32,000 bases of DNA from Desulfobulbus propionicus DSM 2032 (GTDB lineage Bacteria > Desulfobacterota > Desulfobulbia > Desulfobulbales > Desulfobulbaceae): the NCBI RefSeq assembly GCF_000186885.1, contig NC_014972.1, positions 3,120,001 to 3,152,000 on the forward strand. The letters are read 5' to 3'. The position numbers and the translations under genes are program-made. Positions 26,418-32,000 of this stretch are shown one piece after another. A model generated the notes under the pieces. It ran no database searches and was not told the origin of the DNA. It saw only the letters and a list, made by a program, of their open reading frames with translations. Every line of letters begins with the position of its first letter. Positions within the stretch are counted from its first letter, which is position 1.

Positions 26418-27748
26418 GCCCGCACCTCCGCCGCAATGGCGTCCATGGTCTGTTTGCTGATCGTCTCGGTCACGCAGAAGAGGTACTGGCCCGCACGCTC
26501 CGGATAGAGTGCGCCCAGTTCCAGACCGGCGACGATGTTCCTCGCCAGCAGCCGCTCGCGCACCGGCCGGAAGTCGGTCGGAAATTCGACCACGAACTCG
26601 TTGAAGCTCGGGGCAGCAAAGACGATCCGCGCCCCGGCCTGCTGCAACGCCTTGTGCAAATACTGACTCTTGTCGTAGTTGAGTCGGGCCAACTGACGCA
26701 GGCCGGTGCCGCCCAGCGAGGCCATGTAGATGGCAGCGGTCAGGGCGCAGATCCCCTGGTTGGAGCAGATGTTGGAGGTGGCCTTTTCGCGGCGGATATG
26801 CTGCTCGCGGGTGGCGAGCGTCAGCACATAGCCGCGCCTCCCTTCGACATCCTTGGTCTCGCCGACCAGCCGTCCGGGCAGATTGCGGACAAAGGGTTCC
26901 TTGCAGCCGAACATGCCCAATCCCGGCCCGCCGAAAGAGGGGGCGATGCCGAAGCTCTGGCCCTCGCCGCAGACGATGTCCGCCCCGCAGGCACCGGGAT
27001 TTTTCAATAGGCCATAGGCGAGCGGCTCGGTGAAACAGGTGATGAACAGTCCGCCTGCCGAATGAATGGTCGATCCGGCCGCATCCAGATCCTCGATGAC
27101 GCCAAAGAAGTTGGGCGACTGCAGGGCCACGGCAGCCAGGTCGTCGACACCGGCCAGCCCGCTCAGATCGGTGCGGCCATCTGCCTGATAGTCCAGCTCC
27201 ACGATCTCGAAGCCGGCGGGCTGGAGATAGGCCCGGACCACGGCGCGATAGTGGGGATGAATCGTCTTGGACATGGCCACCCGCCGTTTCTTCTTGGCGA
27301 TGCGCAAGCCCATGAGCAGGGCCTCGGCCAGGGCGGAACCACCGTCGTACATCGAGGCGTTGACCACATCCACGCCCAGCAACCGGGCGGTCAAGGTCTG
27401 ATACTCGAAGATGCCCTGCAGGGTGCCCTGGGCCATCTCCGGCTGATAGGGGGTGTAGGCGGTGAGGAATTCCGAGCGGCCGGCCAGACTGCGCACGGTT
27501 TCCGGGATGTGATGGCGATAGCTGCCGGCACCGACCAGCAACTGGGAGGTGTCGTCCACCCGCATGGCACCGGCCAACTGGCGCAGGTGGTCGTTCAGCT
27601 CCCATTCGCTCTGGGCGGCGGGCAGGTTCCAGGGGTTGGTCATCCGGCACTCGGCAGGCACGCTGTCAAACAGTCGGTCCAGACTGTCGACACCGATGGC
27701 CGCGAGCATGGCACCGATCTCTTCGGAGGTATGAGGCAGGTAGCGCAT
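26414..27748 (-). CDS. gcvPA: Glycine dehydrogenase (decarboxylating) subunit 1
   Basis: MRYLPHTSEEIGAMLAAIG, FLTAYTPYQPEMAQGTLQGIFEYQT, NASMYDGGSALAEA, GGPGLGMFGCKEPFVRNLPGRLVGET, REQHIRREKATSNICSNQ. Confidence 0.97.
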   Translation of the reverse strand: MRYLPHTSEEIGAMLAAIGVDSLDRLFDSVPAECRMTNPWNLPAAQSEWELNDHLRQLAGAMRVDDTSQLLVGAGSYRHHIPETVRSLAGRSEFLTAYTPYQPEMAQGTLQGIFEYQTLTARLLGVDVVNASMYDGGSALAEALLMGLRIAKKKRRVAMSKTIHPHYRAVVRAYLQPAGFEIVELDYQADGRTDLSGLAGVDDLAAVALQSPNFFGVIEDLDAAGSTIHSAGGLFITCFTEPLAYGLLKNPGACGADIVCGEGQSFGIAPSFGGPGLGMFGCKEPFVRNLPGRLVGETKDVEGRRGYVLTLATREQHIRREKATSNICSNQGICALTAAIYMASLGGTGLRQLARLNYDKSQYLHKALQQAGARIVFAAPSFNEFVVEFPTDFRPVRERLLARNIVAGLELGALYPERAGQYLFCVTETISKQTMDAIAAEVRA

Positions 27749-27752
27749 CGGC

Positions 27753-28148
27753 TTATCCTTTGAGCATCTCGAGGTAGCTGGCCGCGGTGTGCAGCTGCTG
27801 GAATTCGCCCGGATCAGACGGCTTGATCTCGATGATCCAGGCGCCGTACGGATCCTGATTGATCAGTTCCGGCGCATCGGTCAGGGCGGTGTTGACCGCG
27901 ATCACCGTGCCGGACAGGGGCATGTACAGCTCGGACACCGCCTTGACCGACTCCAGGGTGCCGAATTCATCGCCCTTGGCGAAGCTGTCGCCGATGGCCG
28001 GCAGCTCGACAAAGACAATGTCGCCCAGCTGGTCCTGGGCATAGTCGCTGACACCGATGCGTGCGGTGTCACCGGTGATTTGCGCCCATTCGTGGTCATC
28101 GGTGTAGCCGAGGTCGCCGGGCAGATGCAGTTCGTCGAGTTCTTTCAT
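27753..28148 (-). CDS. gcvH: Glycine cleavage system H protein
   Basis: YTDDHEWAQITGDTARIGVSDYAQDQLGDIVFVELP..., lipoylation site GTLESVKAVSELYMP. Confidence 0.97.
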   Translation of the reverse strand: MKELDELHLPGDLGYTDDHEWAQITGDTARIGVSDYAQDQLGDIVFVELPAIGDSFAKGDEFGTLESVKAVSELYMPLSGTVIAVNTALTDAPELINQDPYGAWIIEIKPSDPGEFQQLHTAASYLEMLKG

Positions 28149-28167
28149 GGATGGTTCTCCTCAAAGG

Positions 28168-29457
28168 TTACAGCATATTCTGGATGGGTTTGCGGGCGGT
28201 GCGGTCCGGCCGGATGTCGTCACGGATCTCCGCCTTCAGCCTCCGTTTGCCGTCGGTGAGCACAATTTCCGTGCCCACGGGCAGTTGGGTCTGGAGACGG
28301 ACAAAGCCGCAGCAGAGGCCGCGCGGTGAGAAAGAGGCAGGGCGACCATTCTCGACCGGGGTGGCAATGCTGACAATGGTGCCGTTCACCCGGTCCATGG
28401 CCATGTCGGTGGTGCAGGTGAGGATGGTGCCCAGTGGATTGCCGTCCACATCGGTCACCAGGCTCCTGTCGCCGAGAGGGATCTTGCGTGGATCGAAGCC
28501 GGCAAAGGCCTGGGTGCAGGGCGCACCGGACACCGCCCGCAGGGCGGCGCTGCCGATGAACTCCTTGGTGAATCCGGTGGCGGCCTCGTCCCAGGGCAGC
28601 ACAAACAGCCAGGGGTTGGCGGCAAAGAGCCAGGGGCCGATATCCTGGTGGGAGAGCGGCAGGCCGGCGCCGGCGCGCAACGAGTCGCGGGCCGCCAAAC
28701 CGCAGGCGATAATCCCCTCGGACTCGCCTGCCGAGAGCAGCAGGCTCCACAACCGCTCGACATGCGCCGGCGCAATAAAGAGTTCAAAGCCGAACTCGCC
28801 GGTGTAGCCGGTGCGCGAGACCAGCACCGGCGTGCCGTCAATGAGCGTCACTGACACGGCGGCGGGCAGGGTTTGTGGAGCGAAACTCCCCTTGAACGAG
28901 AAGTAGACCATCTTGGCAAAAACCTGGTCAGGATCGCGCAGCACCCGGGTCAAAATCTTGCCGGCCAGCGGCCCTTGGATGTCCATCTTGCCCACCCGGT
29001 CGGTGTGGTCGGTGATCCGCGCCGCATCGCCGTTCGGGTTACGTTGGTGCAGATGGGCACTCACCGGTCCGCCCATGGCGGCGTTGACCACGAGCATGTA
29101 GTCCGTCTCGCCGCACTGATAGACAATGGCGTCGTCGATCACCCAGCCGTTGTCGTCGAGAAACACCCCGTAGACGCAGCGGCCGGGAACGAGCGGCCCT
29201 TTCCCCGGCCCGATGCATTGCTCCAGGTCCTTGGAAAAGCAGCGTTGCAGCAATTCGCGCACCGCCGGGCCGTGCAGGGTGAGCACCGCCATGTGGCTGG
29301 TGTCGAACAGCCCGGCAGCGGTGATGGCCGTCAGATGCTCGGCCTTGGCGCCCGCCGGATACCAGAGCGGCATCTCATAGCCGCCGAAGGCCGCCATGTT
29401 GGCCCCATGGCTGACATGCCAGGCATGCAGCGGGGTGGTTTTCAACGCTGTTTCCAT
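28168..29457 (-). CDS. gcvT: Aminomethyltransferase (glycine cleavage T protein)
   Basis: HVSHGANMAAFGGYEMPLWY, GLFDTSHMAVLTLHG, YQCGETDYMLVVNAA, RTGYTGEFGFELF. Start at METALKTT (29455..29457); the track starts at 29475. Confidence 0.94.
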   Translation of the reverse strand: METALKTTPLHAWHVSHGANMAAFGGYEMPLWYPAGAKAEHLTAITAAGLFDTSHMAVLTLHGPAVRELLQRCFSKDLEQCIGPGKGPLVPGRCVYGVFLDDNGWVIDDAIVYQCGETDYMLVVNAAMGGPVSAHLHQRNPNGDAARITDHTDRVGKMDIQGPLAGKILTRVLRDPDQVFAKMVYFSFKGSFAPQTLPAAVSVTLIDGTPVLVSRTGYTGEFGFELFIAPAHVERLWSLLLSAGESEGIIACGLAARDSLRAGAGLPLSHQDIGPWLFAANPWLFVLPWDEAATGFTKEFIGSAALRAVSGAPCTQAFAGFDPRKIPLGDRSLVTDVDGNPLGTILTCTTDMAMDRVNGTIVSIATPVENGRPASFSPRGLCCGFVRLQTQLPVGTEIVLTDGKRRLKAEIRDDIRPDRTARKPIQNML

Positions 29458-29474
29458 TCGCGGCTCTCCTCCCA

Positions 29475-29951
29475 TTACTCGTTGCCCTCACTGAACCCTG
29501 GAACCGGTTGACCGGTCAGGGGAACCTTGAGGTTGAAACTCTTGTAGACCACAAAGGTCTCGACCGAGCGCACATTGTCGATGGTCGCCACCTCCTGGGT
29601 GAAGAACTCAAGCAGGCCAAAGTCCTTACTCAGCATGGCGGTGACGATGAGGTCGAACTGGCCGGTGACCACGCACACTGAAATGACGCCGCGCAGCCGG
29701 CTGAACTCCTCGCCTTTCTTGACCAGATCCATGTCCTTGACCCGCACGCCCACCATGACGATCTGCTGATCGGGCAAGGCCTCGGGGTTGACCAGGCCGC
29801 TGATGGAAAGTACGCCCTCGTCGATCAGCTTCTTGACCCGCGAGCGCACTGTGCCTTCGGCCAGATGGAGATCGTCGGCGATTTTCTTGAAGGAGGCCCG
29901 GCCATCCTTGAGGCGGTTGATGATAGCGAGACTGGTGGCGTCAAGATGCAT
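29475..29951 (-). CDS. Lrp/AsnC-family transcriptional regulator
   Basis: LDATSLAIINRLKDGRASFKKIADDLHLAEGTVRSRVKKLIDEGVL HTH plus RAM-type domain (RGVISVCVVTGQFDLIVTAM). Confidence 0.94.
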   Translation of the reverse strand: MHLDATSLAIINRLKDGRASFKKIADDLHLAEGTVRSRVKKLIDEGVLSISGLVNPEALPDQQIVMVGVRVKDMDLVKKGEEFSRLRGVISVCVVTGQFDLIVTAMLSKDFGLLEFFTQEVATIDNVRSVETFVVYKSFNLKVPLTGQPVPGFSEGNE

Positions 29952-30108
29952 GGGCGGCGGCGATTTGATGAAATATTGATCAAACGCTAAAGAAAAATAT
30001 CGATCCTGTCAACATTGATCTTTTTTTTTGCCGAATACGTCAAAACACAAAAAAAACGCGACCGAGGTGCGCCTGAACGGCCGGGAAAGAGAAGTGCGCC
30101 TGTCGGGC

Positions 30109-30142
30109 AAAAAAAAAGCTCCGGTCAACGAAGACCGGAGCT
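30109..30142 (-). terminator. Rho-independent terminator of tpx
   Basis: AGCTCCGGTC (30117..30126) and GACCGGAGCT (30133..30142) form a perfect 10-bp stem with a 6-nt loop. On the minus strand it is followed by eight T (30116..30109). Confidence 0.93.
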
Positions 30143-30168
30143 GGAGGGGTGAAACCGGGGGCAACCAA

Positions 30169-30669
30169 TTATTTCAAGGCGGCCAGGGCGGCATCGTAGT
30201 CCGGTTCTTGAGCGATTTCAGGAACCTGCTCGGTGTGGACCACCTTGCCGTCAGCGCCGACAATGACAATGGCACGGGACAGCAGGCCGGCAATGGGGCC
30301 AGTGGTGATGGTCACCCCATAGTCCTTGCCAAAGGCCGGAGAACGGAACACGGAAAGCGACTCGACATTTTTGAGGCCATCGGTCTCGCAGAAACGGGTA
30401 TGGGCAAAGGGCAGGTCCGCGGAGATGCAGAGCACAACCGTGTTGTCGGTCTCACCGGCCATCTTGTTGAAGCGGCGCACCGAGGCCGCGCACACCGGGG
30501 TATCGATGCTCGGAAAGATATTGAGCACGATTTTTTTTCCTTTGTAATCCGCCAGGCTGACCTCGGACAGGTCCGTCTTGACCAAGGTGAAGTTGGGGGC
30601 GGCTGAACCCTTGGCCGGCAGTTCGCCGATGGTCTCGATTGCATTGCCTTTCAACGTGATTTTGGCCAT
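30169..30669 (-). CDS. tpx: Thiol peroxidase (atypical 2-Cys peroxiredoxin)
   Basis: KIVLNIFPSIDTPVCAASVRRFN, LCISADLPFAHTRFCETDGLKNVESLS. Confidence 0.96.
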   Translation of the reverse strand: MAKITLKGNAIETIGELPAKGSAAPNFTLVKTDLSEVSLADYKGKKIVLNIFPSIDTPVCAASVRRFNKMAGETDNTVVLCISADLPFAHTRFCETDGLKNVESLSVFRSPAFGKDYGVTITTGPIAGLLSRAIVIVGADGKVVHTEQVPEIAQEPDYDAALAALK

Positions 30670-30786
30670 GGTGAGTCTCCTTTTTGTTCAAATGAGTTGT
30701 CAACTTGCGTCAAATGTCTGTCCCGAAAGCGCATGGGATAGATCCCATGCGCTGTGCACCAGCAAAGAATGATACATTGATGCAGA

Positions 30787-30801
30787 AAATAATCATTATC
30801 A
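30787..30801. promoter_or_regulatory. Fur-like operator upstream of tpx
   Basis: AAATAATCATTATCA matches the 7-1-7 Fur consensus TGATAATCATTATCA at 13/15 positions. Confidence 0.55.
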
Positions 30802-30892
30802 TTTTTTTGTAAAGCAAAAAGAAGCGGATAGATTTTTTTCCTGCCCTCCGGAAGAACGCGTTGGACGGTCGGCCCGGGGATGCCCGGCTCCA

Positions 30893-31372
30893 TCACTGCA
30901 AGGACTCGGCTTGCCGTGCATCGTACTCCTGTTGGGCCTGGGCGCAAGCGGTGCAGGTGCCGTGCACCACCACGCTGGCGTGATCGACCGTGCCGATCTC
31001 GCCAACATTGGACGGCAGTTCGGCCGTATCGAAGGAGGGCCAGAAAAAATCAAAGACCTGACCGCAGACATCGCACAGGAAGTGGTGATGGCGGGTGTGA
31101 AGCACCTCGTAGCGGGCTTGGCTCGCCGCTGTTTCCAATCGGTGGACCAGCCCCAGCTTTTCGAAAGTTGCCAGGGTGCGGTAGACGGTATCCAACGACA
31201 GGGTTGGCAGACGCCTTTCCAATCGCTTGTACAACGTTTCCGCCGATGGATGGTCGCGGGCCCCGAGCAGTTCCCGGTACACCTCCAGCCGCTGGTGGGT
31301 CACCTTGAGACCCGCTCCCTTGCATCTCTGCTCAAAATGTTGAATTTGCCGCTGAATGTGTATCGTTTCCAT
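30893..31372 (-). CDS. Fur/PerR-family metalloregulator (start could be 31378)
   Basis: GLKVTHQRLEVYRELLGARDHPSAETLYKRLERRLPTLSLDTVYRTLATFEKLGLVHRL..., HHHFLCDVCGQVFDF, GTCTACAQ. Confidence 0.93.
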   Translation of the reverse strand: METIHIQRQIQHFEQRCKGAGLKVTHQRLEVYRELLGARDHPSAETLYKRLERRLPTLSLDTVYRTLATFEKLGLVHRLETAASQARYEVLHTRHHHFLCDVCGQVFDFFWPSFDTAELPSNVGEIGTVDHASVVVHGTCTACAQAQQEYDARQAESLQ

Positions 31373-31523
31373 GCGCATAAAACTGATAATTTTTACTAAA
31401 TATTCGTTACTGATCTGTAGTAAAAGGTATTCATACCGCCGTCAACGAGATTCTGCATTCTCCCTCATTGTGGTAGGCGAAGCGGCGTCGCTCCTTCGGT
31501 CGCGGCTTGTGCGTTCGCTGCCC

Positions 31524-32000
31524 TCACGCCGCCTGCTCGGTGGTGGCCAGCAGCTCGCCGATCCGGTTGGCATGGACCATACCCGCCGCCCACTCGTCGG
31601 GAATGGCCTGCCGGCCCAGGTGGGCGCCGAGGATCATGCCCGCCACCAGTCCCCGCGCCGCCGAATCGCCGCCGGCCATGACGTTCTCGATCAGCCCGGT
31701 CCGGAGATCGTCCGCGTAGGTGAGGACAAGATGGATGGCCCCGGGCAGGGCTGCGGCAATGCCGCACATCTGACCGAATTTGTTGATCACCGTGCGGGTG
31801 TCCTTGCCGCCGGAATCGAGGCCGCCGCGGATACGGATGTCCAGGTCAATGTCGTCCACCCCTTCTTCCAATGCCCCTTCCATGGCTTCGGCCGGATCGG
31901 CGCCGTGCAGGACAGCCCAGGCGGTTTTGGCGATGAATTCGGCACCGGCCAGGGTGGCCGGATTGTTGTGGGTCAGGGCGGTCTGCTGGCGCACCGCCGC
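31524..32000 (-). CDS. ADP-ribosylglycohydrolase (DraG-like) family protein, C-terminal part (5' end outside window)
   Basis: ENVMAGGDSAARGLVAGMILGAHLGRQAIPDEWAAGM matches the ADP-ribosylglycohydrolase C-terminal metal-binding motif. Confidence 0.82.
   Translation of the reverse strand, partial: AAVRQQTALTHNNPATLAGAEFIAKTAWAVLHGADPAEAMEGALEEGVDDIDLDIRIRGGLDSGGKDTRTVINKFGQMCGIAAALPGAIHLVLTYADDLRTGLIENVMAGGDSAARGLVAGMILGAHLGRQAIPDEWAAGMVHANRIGELLATTEQAA

Noticed and set aside
25131-26507. 458-aa plus-strand ORF
   Set aside because: Antisense shadow of gcvPB.
26418-27650. N-terminal 410-residue extension of the gcvPB reading frame
   Set aside because: Arg/Gly-rich, no homology, fully overlaps gcvPA in a different frame; gcvPB starts at 26417.
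30028-30606. 192-aa plus-strand ORF
   Set aside because: Spans the tpx terminator and runs antisense to tpx.
30169-30669. Possible selenocysteine in thiol peroxidase
   Set aside because: The catalytic position is encoded as Cys (DTPVCAAS) with no in-frame TGA.
1-32000. CRISPR arrays, transposases, toxin-antitoxin or phage defence genes
   Set aside because: Looked for spaced direct repeats and recognisable protein motifs by eye; none seen. A tool-based scan (CRISPRCasFinder, DefenseFinder) would be needed to exclude small elements.

Overview
GC-rich bacterial chromosomal window, probably a deltaproteobacterial/Desulfobacterota-type genome (inferred from gene content only). It is densely packed with housekeeping genes on both strands. 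Recognisable loci: ald C-terminus, aqpZ, nfo, surE, a DUF1499-like protein, a membrane HD-GYP-like protein, an M48 protease with TPRs, a CAU-anticodon tRNA with promoter and downstream terminator, a Nif3-like protein, a zinc-ribbon protein, an RNase HI-like protein, RNase P RNA (rnpB), ispDF, an M20-family peptidase, selD, purF, a 4Fe-4S ferredoxin, a two-gene cytochrome bd-like/multiheme cytochrome c module, an NnrU-like methyltransferase, a MetY-type enzyme, a VKOR-like protein, and a compact lrp-gcvT-gcvH-gcvPA-gcvPB-lipB-lipA cluster, followed by tpx, a Fur/PerR-type regulator and a DraG-like ADP-ribosylglycohydrolase. Two items deserve most attention. (1) selD is itself a selenoprotein gene: an in-frame UGA at codon 17 (13542..13544) lies in the catalytic motif, so the supplied ORF track truncates it; a SECIS-like hairpin follows. 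(2) A quinol-oxidase-like membrane pair (15595..19223) has its second subunit fused to a single c-type heme domain plus a seven-CXXCH domain, 8 CXXCH in total. I saw no CRISPR array, transposase or phage module.
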